Shown here piece by piece: positions 48,457 to 59,686 of a stretch of DNA of 64,000 nt. The position numbers were made by a program, and so were the translations under genes. The stretch's first letter is position 1. The number at the start of each line of letters is the position of its first letter. The notes under the pieces are model-generated. The model searched no databases and was not told where the DNA came from. It saw only the letters and a program-made list of their open reading frames with translations. The DNA is from Macrostomum lignano (taxonomy: Eukaryota): NCBI GenBank assembly GCA_002269645.1, contig NIVC01003785.1:12867-76866 (forward strand). Reading direction: 5' to 3'.

Positions 48457-49181
48457 TTTCGTAGCTGGTTGGAGTTGTAAATTGAAAGCTCTAGCGCTTG
48501 GTGCAAGTAAGAGACGCGTTAGCTTGAGGAGCCGCCGGCGTTGACTGACGAGCTTAGATGAGCGCTGGGTCGGGCTCTTCTTAACCTCCTTTGCCTGTGT
48601 CGATACAGGGCCGGGCCAAGAAGCCGTCTATGGCTAAGCATTCCCCAGCTCAACAAATTTTAGTCTGTGGCCAGTGCCCCAGCGGGAAAAATTGAAGCCT
48701 GGGTTTTTAAAGTGCAAATAGAAATTATTCAAATATTAAGTACAAAAATCTAATCGCAAGCCCGTGTCTTGAAGTTTTTGGTTTGGTTTTTTTGGCCCGA
48801 CCCCGAGGCTTATGACTTTATTCAGTCGTCTTGATGTATGACTACAATTAGATTTCAACCATATGCACGGTGCATCAGTACGCAAGAACGTCTTGTATGC
48901 TTTCGACCATTGGCCAATGGCCATTTGACGATTTGGCACAAATTTCTCATTTTTAATCAATATTTCGCTAAATGTTTCTTCCAACCTGCATAATATAAGT
49001 TACTGTAGTATGCATACATGTATGCAGAGAGGCAGTTCGGAGACACCCAGGTTCCGCACTCAGTGACCCCGCCCAGCCCAATCCACTTCTCTTACTCGAG
49101 TACATCTCCACGCGCCCTAAATGAGCCGGAAATCTGTTCTGTCAAGCAGATACACAGGCACAACTGCGTATCTGCTTAGCC

Positions 49182-49338
49182 AAGGGGCGTAGCCAAGCCG
49201 GCTGGGCATGATCCAGGCCAAATTTTCAGCACCCCCCTCCCCCGTCGCAGAGGCCTAGCACCCCCTGCCCCCGGTTGCCGCTGTGAGCCTGTGACTGTGA
49301 CCCCCCCCCAGCAGAAGGAAATCCTGGCTACGCCACTG
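49182..49338. mobile_element. Small MITE with 14-bp TIRs
   Basis: AAGGGGCGTAGCCA ... TGGCTACGCCACTG. Confidence 0.6.
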
Positions 49339-50459
49339 TCTCCAACATTTTTGAGTGCTAACTACACTCGCCAACACGTCTATATAGCGATTATAGTTGT
49401 TTCTCGCTAAAATTACTAATGCTCGTATCAGCATCGGATAGACACTTTCAACACAGCAGATTTTCGAAATCCTAATATTGCTGTAAATATGTATTCACTT
49501 ACTGTGTATTTTCCTATAAACCCTGATACTTAATCATTCAATCTGCGTAAAGCAGCTAGAGTCCAAATTAACGTTGTTTCTTGGAAACTTTTTCAAAAGC
49601 ACAGCGGCGGGCATTCTCTCGAAAAAATAGTTTAAGGAACGATTCGAGAAGAATGCCCGGCGGCACGATTTCTGAAAATCTCGGCACAGAAGGCAGGATT
49701 AAGAAAAACGAGTGTTATTGCTTGTCTCAGTAACTATTGAGGATGCGGATCGATGAGGATCAAACACGATATGGTGTCGATACCCATATTACATGCTTCA
49801 TTTCCTTTGGTTTGGCTATAGGCCTAGGCAAATTTTAATGTTTTGCTGTAGTGTAGTAATGCAGTAATGCACCAGTTATCAACTTTTTGTAGTCTGTACA
49901 GTAGTTTTGTAGTTAGTTAGTTGTCAAAGTTTCTAAGGATTTTTTATTTCATATTTTCAACCACATGACTTTTTTAAATTAGGTCATCCCTATTGACAAA
50001 GGCCTATTGATAATTGTTTTAGGTAAAAAATAATAATTAATAAACTAGTATAATTAATATATTATAAAATTGTTCATATTGCAAATGAGTATTTATTCTT
50101 TATCATTCTTATATTATCATATATATATATAGCCTATAAATCTACATAAATTTGTGCCTTCTAATAATGAATAAAACTATGCTGTTATAACCATTAGGCA
50201 TTAGGTTATGACAATATATTAAATAACCTCTAAAAGTCTAATGGTAATTGGTAAGCACTGCTTACCATGTGTACACCCTAGTTTTAGTCTAGACAGAAGT
50301 CAGATGATTTAGATCAAATATAATCTATGGTAAAATTAAAATACACATTCCCTTCTAGTTGGCTATGGTAAGCAAAACTTTTAGAATGATATCTTCCTAG
50401 ATAGAAAGGAATATACTATAGCATGAAATATTTTGCCTGTTGCATGCATATACCAGGAA

Positions 50460-52000
50460 CCAAAACTGTCAAGAATTCAAGAATGCCATTGCTGAAAGCA
50501 AGTCTCTAGACATAATCTTGGTTCACCTAAACATACTAGTACAAGGTAGTAGTAGATTGATCATTTGATTCTTTCAGCTTGGTAGTAGATGCAACATTGC
50601 TTAGTTGGTCTTGGCTGACTTTCTCAAGCTTGGCTGAATTTGCATTAGAAACTGTGGGCTGACTTGGCCAAAGGCTTGAGCTGCAATAGCTCTACACAAA
50701 TTTACAAATGCTGGCTTCTAGTAGAAACTTAACAAATACCTTTTGGCCACTACAGTTACAGTATACAATCCAAGCATTTTAGACTATCTGCAAGCATAGG
50801 TGCAAACCAAGTTTCAAAAACATTCTGGTTTTCCAAGCAAGCTAATAAGGCTGCATGTTGCTATCTATTTGATTAACGCTGCCTATACCATGTAGCAATT
50901 GTAAGTCAAAGCTGAGTGGCACTACATTGCAGTTGCTGCTTCACCTTGGGCAACTTGTTGGACTAGAACTTTTGATGCTGCTTCATTTGTGTATAGTAAA
51001 TATAATGTTTTTAGACCACTTTCCTTACTTTTAACAATCTTTGTAGCCAGCTTTGCACCCTTGCACATGAAGCCAATATCATTGGGCAGCACATTTAACT
51101 GCCTAAGCTCAATTGACATGCCTTGGTCAGCTCGTATATTGCAAGTCAGATGAGCATCTTGATCCAGAAGGTACTTAGCCAACCAATAAGAACCAAACCA
51201 TTTGTTGACAAAAATGCTATAGCCTTCATCCAACAGATCTTGGCAAAGCTAAACAAAAATTTTTTTGCTGAATGACTAGTTTTCACTTTGTGGATCTAAA
51301 ACAAATGGGGTCCTCATTGTCCAATGTCATGAGTTCAGACACTGTCTACTTGGGTCATTTCAAGCTCTTTGAGAACTGGTTTCAGTATTCGACTCAAACT
51401 AGACTACGACAAATAAAGTATAGGAAACAAAAACTTAAAGAATTCAAAAACCACTATAGTATAAAGCATGACTATATAAGCTATTAAAAAGCTAGACAAG
51501 TGAGGAGACAGATTAGCTTCTCTGTTTAAACTGACTAGGGCTAGGAAAAAGAATATTGTTTATACTGTTTGTGTTGCCCATCCCTCTTGTACAGGGACTA
51601 GTGAATGCAGACACTGTTATCTTCAAAGGTAGGACAATGGCTATATTATGTTCTTATCTTTTATAGCCCAAATTAACCTCTATTTGACTATAGTTTAGGC
51701 ACTTATAACTGTGCCCAATGGATAAAACAGCCATAGACATTTTCCAAATCTATGACTATAAATGTTGCTGCTACCACCATTCCTGCCTATAGTCCGACCT
51801 ATAATTCCTGCCATAGAGATTGATTTTATGCTGTCTAGCTTAGATATAGACAGAGTAGACAAAAATGGCCATCTATCTGCCTATGGCTAAGAACCAATTA
51901 CAAAGCTATATTTACAAGTAGCTACTATATCTTCATCCTACACCATGCCTCCCCTCGAGTTTGCTGTTGGTTAGAAAAGGGCACATATAGAGAAGCTTGC
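50460..52000 (-). mobile_element. Decayed piggyBac (PGBD4-like) transposase
   Basis: LLDEGYSIFVNKWFGS...LTCNIR corresponds to the GYHLYMDNWF region. YNCYM..GSVNQID...KLGLHL...NAWIVY corresponds to YNKYMGGVD...NAWILY. A C-terminal CLGEPRLCLETCF Cys-rich domain is present. Many stops and frameshifts. Confidence 0.8.
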
Positions 52001-54504
52001 CAGCTTTAGTAAGGCTAGTGGGGGGCTAGCTACCCCTTACAACCCTGAGCTTTAATAAGGCTAGTAGGGGGCTAGCCACCCCCAATGCCCCTGGCTTTAA
52101 TAACCCCTGGCTTAAATAACCCCTGGCTTTAATAACCCCTGGCTTTAATAACCCCTGGCTCTAATAATGATAGTGGGGGCTAGCTGTGGATAGCTGAGGC
52201 CAACTTGTCAGTTGCAGATCTGGCCCAATTGGGACAAGTGTAATCAAATATTATTATTTACATACTTACTAACAAACACTCATGATTTTTCTCTTTGTAT
52301 ATTATAACACTGTGGAGCAAGTTTATGTATAGTCTATTTAGTGTAAATATAATTTCAATGGTATTAGCCATAAAACTTATATCAGCAACTGCAGCTTTTA
52401 CCATAGACAACTAAGAAATCTTCAGTAACCAATCAGGATGCCAGGGGCTTCACAAAGAAAAATTGTACCCCCACTTCAAGGCAGCCAAGCAATCAATGGT
52501 TTTATTCATCCATGAGTGGAAGGCCACTCACACTGAATGCCCAAATGTTTTGTTCCTAGACTAGTAATCCAAATATAATATATCATCCTTGGACAGCACT
52601 TATCTTCTTTTGCTATTTATCAGTAGGCTATCAGTGAGCAATAGGTTCATGCATATGATAGAAAAGTTACTTAAATTTATTGACAAAATGATTTCAAAAC
52701 ATAAAAAACCAGATTAATAGCCAACTAAAACAAAAAACCTTGATCTCCCCGCTGCAATATAAGCCAACAACCTGAAACAGCTGCAGGAGGGAACTGATCA
52801 AAATGAACTTTTTATTTTGAAAAAGAACAGAACAAACAGAAAAACACAGCATACAGAAATGCAAGCAAATTATTGGGCAGAAATAAAAAAATGGGCATAA
52901 AAATTGGACTGAAATTTACCTAGAAATGGCTGAGCTTCATGGACCATTTTAAAATGAGGAAAAAAACATACTTATATAAAAGCTGACTACATTTCACCAA
53001 ATAACAAGGCATACAGGTTTGCAACTATAACAGTATTAGCACTGACAAGACAAGGTCATCACTTGACTCATCTCTTGAACTGTCATCAAAGCTACCCTTG
53101 CTTCTTCTATTGTTGTGGCGGTCGCTCCTTTTGTGGCAGTTGCTCCTTTTAGTTCTTTCTGTGCCAACAATTTTTGGCCAGATGACCTAATTTGTTACAC
53201 ACAAAATACCTCTCTACAATATAGAAAAGCTTGTTTGTAAGTATTTATGCTATTTATATATATACATATATGTATAATACACATTTATATTAATACAGAC
53301 TTACTTTGGATGGAACCTTTCCCACCTCCTCCTCAACCTCTTCCACCATCTCCTCCTCTGCCTTGGCTGCCACCTCTGCCTTGGCCACCTCACCCACCTC
53401 TGCCTTGCTACTCTTTGAAATATAGTTTGACTATCATCTGAAAGAAAAAAGTTATGCAACTACATTAGCTGTGTGCCTAAGTGCATGTCTCTTTTTTAGA
53501 AACAATAAAAATGTACACAAGACAGAGAATAGCATAGCTTAGCTACTAAATATAAGTAGAATACACTCTGACAGGACTGACAATAGGGCAATTTAACAAC
53601 ATTAATTTAGAAAACTGTTTAAGCAAATTTGTTAACCTTTGTTAGGATTTGTGAAAAATCCTAATTATACTCCATTAGCACTAACACTATTGGTAAATGT
53701 TAACATTTTTTAACGCTCCTTAACTAATTAACATTTTATAACAAACTTGTGCTGTCTTATAAAGACAGTAATCCATAGACAGGCCAACTGACAAACTGAC
53801 AGTAAATAGTAAATAGATAGATAGACAGAAAGATAGACATATGGACTGGAATGGAGACAATAGAAATTTAGGTCAAGTCCTGAAGAGCTGAAGAGGTTAA
53901 ACTACACATTATCCTTATCTATCTTATAATTATTGGTTAATAAATGGATTATTTATTAATCTAAAAATTATTTGGCACTTTTAAATCAAACCATTTTTGT
54001 TTTCCTCAATTTCTTTTATATATAACTTTTTTATCTACAACTTATGTCTAGAAATGCATTAAAATAGCAATAACAAAAAATTAATTCGCATTTTAAATTC
54101 TAATTTTGCTAAAAAGGCTTTGTTTTTTGTATTTATATATAAAAGTTATTATATATGTAGGCCTATATAGGCCTTTATGGACTTTATGTTCTTTTTGAAA
54201 TCTTATTAAGCTGCCACCAAAGTTTCAATAGTGCTCTTTGTTATATCTTTAACAATCTCTATTCAAATGTTTGGGTTGGGGTTTGAAAAAATGTTTGGGC
54301 CAGGCCTCAGGGTAGTGATACTGGAACCCCGAACCCTGAAAAATTGCCCTCCTGAACCCCTACTCAGCGCTAGTTGTGGGACGGTGTCGTCAAAAGCATT
54401 TGTGCCAGGCTAACCACAGCCCTCCTGCAGTTATGGTTATTATTGTAGTCATGGCTGCACGAATTGTAGTTGGCAGTAAAAATCTCTGGCAATAAAAACT
54501 CCAG

Positions 54505-57500
54505 GAGCCGCAGCACCGCCAGCAGCGCCGTCAGTGCCCCAGCATTGACAGCATCCTAGATGACGCTCAGGCCTCTCGTCAAACATTGAAGCTGTCACCC
54601 GAGACTACCGAGTTCGCTCGCAGAAAATATGGCATCTCCAATGGCTACGCGCACTGCCGCCAGCGTCAGCAGCAGCCGCAGCCTCCGCCTCCGCCTCCAA
54701 AGTCGCCGTCGCCGCCGACACCCGCTTCGCCGCCAGCATCCGCATCATCAGCGGTGGCGGCGACAGCGGAGCGGCCCCAGTCGCCACTGCAGCTGCTCCG
54801 AGATGAAGCGGAGGTCGCCGCACTGCAGGCGATGCTGACGCACATGCGAGCTGGGGTGCAGGCTGGCAATGAAATTCGCGAGTCGCTTGAGCAACAATTT
54901 GACAGGATTAGCAAATCCGCCGCGGCAGCCACCGCGGCGTCTCAACGCAGTCGGGTGGATGAGCGCGAGGCGAATTGGTGAGGGACTCAACCCATGGCGC
55001 ACTTTAAGCAAGAGGCATTCCTGCCCATTCCGCCGACTCCCCTGAGCAGGCACAAGAGCGCGCGGATACGCACAGCACACTCACACAGGAGTGTACACAG
55101 CGGCTTTGACTTTTTTGTCGTTGGACATGTACACTTCACATGTACACTTCTGACGATTATCGTCAGACATAATCGTCAGACTTTCTAATCGTCAGACTTT
55201 CTAATCGTCAGACTTTCTAATCGTCAGGCTTTCTAATCGTCAGACTTTCTAATCGTCAGACTTTCTAATCGTCAGACTTAATCGTCAGACTTTCTAATCG
55301 TCAGACTTTCTAATCGTCAGACTTTCTAATCGTCAGACTTAATCGTCAGACTTTCTAATCGTCAGACTTTCTAATCGTCAGACTTTCTAATCGTCAGACT
55401 TTCTAATCGTCAGACTTTCTAATCGTCAGACTTAATCGTCAGACTTTCTAATCGTCAGGCTTTCTAATCGTCAGACTTTCTAATCGTCAGACTTTCTAAT
55501 CGTCAGACTTAATCGTCAGACTTTCTAATCGTCAGACTTTCTAATCGTCAGACTTAATCGTCAGACTTTCTAATCGTCAGACTTTCTAATCGTCAGACTT
55601 TCTAATCGTCAGACTTTCTAATCGTCAGACTTTCTAATCGTCAGACTTAATCGTCAGACTTTCTAATCGTCAGACTTTCTAATCGTCAGACTTTCTAATT
55701 GTCAGGCTTTCTAATCGTCAGGCTTTCTAATCGTCAGACTTTCTAATCGTTAGACTTTCTAATCGTCAGACTTTCAATCGTCAGACTTTCTAATCGTCAG
55801 ACTTAATCGTCAGACTTTCTAATCGTCAGACTTTCTAATCGTCAGACTTTCTAATCGTCAGACTTTCTAATCGTCAGACTTTCTAATCGTCAGACTTTCT
55901 AATCGTCAGACTTAATCGTCAGACTTAATCGTCAGACTTTCTAATCGTCAGACTTAATCGTCAGACTTAATCGTCAGACTTTCTAATCTTCAGACTTTCT
56001 AATCGTCAGACTTTCTAATCGTCACTCGTGCACTCTGAGTCAGCTGCTCTGTCCTTAAACTTAAGATTTTTGAAATCAGGGATTTCAGAAGTTTACGATA
56101 ACCCGCACAATGATAATCCCCACTCGTCCACCTGAAGTCCCGAGCTCGCCGCCATTGAGGCAGCCGAAGCGGCCGAACGTCGGGCGGCTGAGCGCGGCCG
56201 AGCCAACTTGTCCGAAGCCAAGCGGCTGCTGGAGTCGCTTCCTGCCCGGCCGCAGCCGCCGGACGGCGCTGACACTGATGAAGGTTGGCGCACCCTGTCG
56301 GAGCAGTTCAGCGAAGCCCGGATGGGACTGTACCGCCTAGCTGTGCAGTCCGGCCTGACCGACTGCGAGCTTAGGGAGGCCCGGCGCTTCTATGAAGCCG
56401 CTGCAGCTGCCGCCACCGCCGCTGAAGCTGCTGCTGTTGCAGCAGCCGAAGCCGCAGCCGCCGAGGCTGCAGCCGCTGAAGCCGCAGCCGCTGAAGCCGC
56501 AGCCGCCGAGGCTGCAGCCGCTGAAGCCGCAGCCGCCGAGGCTGCAGCCGCTGAAGCTGCAGCCGCCGCTGCACCGAGAGAGGTCAAAGCTGAGGTATTC
56601 TGGGATTGCCAAGTTGAAGCTTGGCTCGGGATCTGGGATGTCCCTTGAATATCTGTGTTTATATTTGAGGATCTGGAATTTCTCTTTAAGAATATCACAA
56701 TAGTGTCACAGTATCGAGTTTTATAAGAATCTTGGGCTGTAGCCCAGTGGTCAGAGCGTCTGATTCACAACTGAAAGGTTGCGGGTTCGATTCCCGACCC
56801 ACTCGGAACAATTTGTGTCCTTGAGCAAGACACTTAACTGCATTGCTTCAGTTCACCCAGCTGTAAAATGGGCGCCAGCATTAGCTGGGGTAATTGAGGG
56901 TGTGTGTGGCGACCCCCCAGTCCTTGGACTGAACAGCCGTACGCAGCCTTCAGATGCGCCGCGCAATAGCTGCGGCTGAGCTGTCGGTTGCACACTCGGC
57001 CATTAGGGCAGGTGTAGTCAATTATCAGTTATCTTAGATTTTCACAGTTGTCATTTCGCAGCTTGTAGATTTATCTTTTACAGAAGTGACAGATTTGAGT
57101 CACATTTTAATTTTATGGAATATTGCTCGTATTTCCATCTAAATCCATTTTATTGCTTTTATTTGCTTTCAGGAGCCAAACAGCAGAAATGATCCTCCAG
57201 CTGTTTACGTCACTTCCGCTCTGCCAGCTGCCGTGTCCGCCCCCTCAGCCGCTGTACCCGCCCCCTCAGCCGCTGTACCCGGCCCCTCAGCCGCTGTACC
57301 CGGCCCCTCAGCCGCTGTACCCGCCCCCTCAGCCGCTGTACCCGCCCCCTCAGCCGCTGTACCCGGCCCCTCAGCCGCTGTACCCGGCCCCTCAGCCGCT
57401 GTACCCGCCCCCTCAGCCGCTGTACCCGGCCCTCAGCCGCTGTACCCGGCCCTCAGCCGCTGTACCCGCCCCTCAGCCGCTGTACCCGCCCCTCAGCCGC

Positions 57501-59686
57501 TGTACCCGCCCCTCAGCCGCTGTACCCGCCCCTCAGCCGCTGTACCCGCCCCCTCAGCCGCTGTACCCGCCCCCTCAGCCGCTGTACCCGCCCAGTCCGC
57601 CCCCGGCGCAAACAATTCAACTGACAGCGGCTGGCGCTGGCGCAAGTGTCGCGAGAAGCTTGCAACTCTGCGCGCCCAGCTGACCGACTTGATAAACGGC
57701 GCCACGCCCGAATTGATGACCTTCAAAATGGCCATTCAGACCACGCTACAAAATCGTTTAGCCCAGTTTTGCGCCTCCGACGAGCCTCAACTGATGAGGC
57801 AGCGTCAGCAGCAGGTTAGATGGATTGCCATTAATGTGATCGCCACTTAAATATACTCCTTTAAGTAGTGAGGATCTGAATTCAAATTCTCTAAAAGAAA
57901 GTTAGCCAGAAATTTTTTACTAAGAGCACTAAAAGTCCTTGGTACAGATAACAAAAAACTAATTGGGCCACTCGGAACATTTGCGTGTAAGCTACTTTCA
58001 GTTCAGTAGTAAGTTTAATAGAAGCATTTTAATGTATTTTAGGGCAAGAATCGGTTATTGACCCTCTTACCCCCAGGCCTCAGCTTGAACCCCTTAGACC
58101 GCACCGCGTCTTTCTCTACCCCACCCCCGCCATTCAATTTTATTGCATTTCTCCCTCCGTTTTATTGTCTTGCCATGTACATTTCAGCGCCGTTGGCTAA
58201 TGTACATAACAGCTACCCCAGTAGCAAGTTGTTTACATCTGCAAGCTTGGCTTCTAAACTTATCAAAGTCAGTTCAGCTGCCTGTCTTTTATTTCATAAT
58301 ATAGCTTACGGTATTCTTCCTTACTACTGAACTGAAAGTAGAAAGCTGTTTTACTAAGTATAACAAAAACCTCTTAAATTCGGAAGCGCTTAGCCATGAA
58401 AACTTCTATTGCTGATTCACGCATTCGAGCTTGTGAAGCTTCGAGCTTGTAAAGTTTCGAGCTTGTAAAGCTTCGTGCTTGTGAAGCTTCGAGCTTGTGA
58501 AGTTTCGAGCTTGTGAAGCTTCGAGCTTGTGAAGCTTCGAGCTTGTGAAACTTCGAGCTTGTAAAGCTTCGAGCTTGTAAAGCTTCGAGCTTGTGAAGCT
58601 TCGAGCTTGTGAAGTTTCGAGCTTGTGAAGCTTCGAGCTTGTGAAGCTTCGAGCTTGTGAAGCTTCGAGCTTGTGAAATCTGAGCTTGTGAAGCTTCGAG
58701 CTTGTGAAATCTGAGCTTGTGAAGCTTCGAGCTTGTGAAGCTTCGAGCTTGTGAAATCTGAGCTTGTGAAGCTTCGAGCTTGTGAAATCTGAGCTTGTGA
58801 AGCTTCGAGCTTGTGAAGCTTCGAGCTTGTGAAATCTGAGCTTGTGAAGCTTCGAGCTTGTTAAACGCCCCCATTAAAAATATTATTCCATCCAATGAAT
58901 GAATTATTCCAGACGATGCTGCTACTATTGAAGATATTCAGCATGGAGCCATTCGTGTCGTTTTATCAGCAGCGTAAAATCAGCAGCATTCGTTCGGTGC
59001 CAAACGGGGAGCAGTTCGCCATGTACACCTACTGCGAGTGCCTGCTCATGCAAGCCGAGGATCAGTTCAGCGAGCCGGCCAAGCTGCGGCCGGATGAGGA
59101 GGGCGCCGATCACCTGTTCTGCCTGCGCATCGCCCAGAGCCTGGCCATGGCCACTGCTATGCTGTGCTCATGCAGCAAAGCTTTCCAACCAATGCTGCTC
59201 AGCTTCCTCCTAGCCGAGTGTCCCCTGCTGCTGCCGCATCCGCCCCCGCCAGACTGGGAGGCCGGCCGTGAACTGGACGATCGAGTGATGCGCTGCCGCT
59301 CTCTCGGCCGCCTCTACGCCGCCCTGTTCTGCGCTCCCCCTCTGATGGGCAGTTTCTCCCGGCCGAAAGAGTTCTCATTGAATCACATGTGGAGCCTGGC
59401 AGCCGGCTTGGTTCGCCTGTCTGCTACAGGCCGGCACAGCCACCTGCTCACGTGCGCCACTCTGCACTCGGTGCTTGAGGTCGCCGGCGCTAGCATGTGG
59501 CGCCGGTATGGCGCGCAATTTGTTAAACTGCTCCGGTCGGCGCTGAAGCTGTACGATCAGGAATCGTATTTCATTGACTCGTCAGCTGTGCTGCTGGTGC
59601 AGTATCTGCAGTTTGTACTGGCAGCTGGATTTATCACGGATCTGGGCGCCACTAGCTCAGCTTCTCAGCTCATGTCATCCGCTTGA
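54505..59686 (+). CDS. GLE1: mRNA export factor GLE1-like. Exons ~54505-54977, 56138-56594, 57173-57814, 58934-59686; start uncertain
   Basis: C-terminal domain ECPLLLP...RCRSLGRLYAAL...NHMWSL...LHSVLEVAGASMWRRYGAQFVKLL aligns to the GLE1 CTD (CPY..[34 protein letters not shown]). The N-terminal region is coiled-coil-like. Junction phases 2,0,0 join in frame. Confidence 0.8.
55165..56025. repeat. 16-bp minisatellite (CTTTCTAATCGTCAGA) with shortened variants, GLE1 intron
   Basis: About 55 copies. Confidence 0.95.
56734..57025 (+). mobile_element. CORE-SINE family 1
   Basis: GGGCTGTAGCCCAGTGGTCAGAGCG...GGTTCGATTCCCG head, core and 3' body. Confidence 0.85.
57945..58362. mobile_element. Same MITE family, copy 3 (diverged, right end truncated)
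   Basis: TTGGGCCACTC start and CTACTGAACTGAAAGTAGAAAGCTGTTTTACTAAG near the end. Confidence 0.7.
58420..58860. repeat. 16-bp palindrome-rich minisatellite (GAAGCTTCGAGCTTGT), GLE1 intron
   Basis: About 27 copies. Confidence 0.95.

Noticed and set aside
53305-53437. Selenocysteine or stop read-through for the in-frame TGAs
   Set aside because: The TGAs fall at Arg positions of RGG repeats in a CpG-depleted region and no SECIS is evident; deamination is simpler.
56734-56806. tRNA gene (and similar heads at 6900-6970, 20530-20600, 22710-22777, 25210-25280, 29280-29350, 18790-18850)
   Set aside because: The heads continue directly into a shared SINE body (the 18790 fragment is degenerate) and lack a proper acceptor stem, so they are SINE heads rather than tRNAs.
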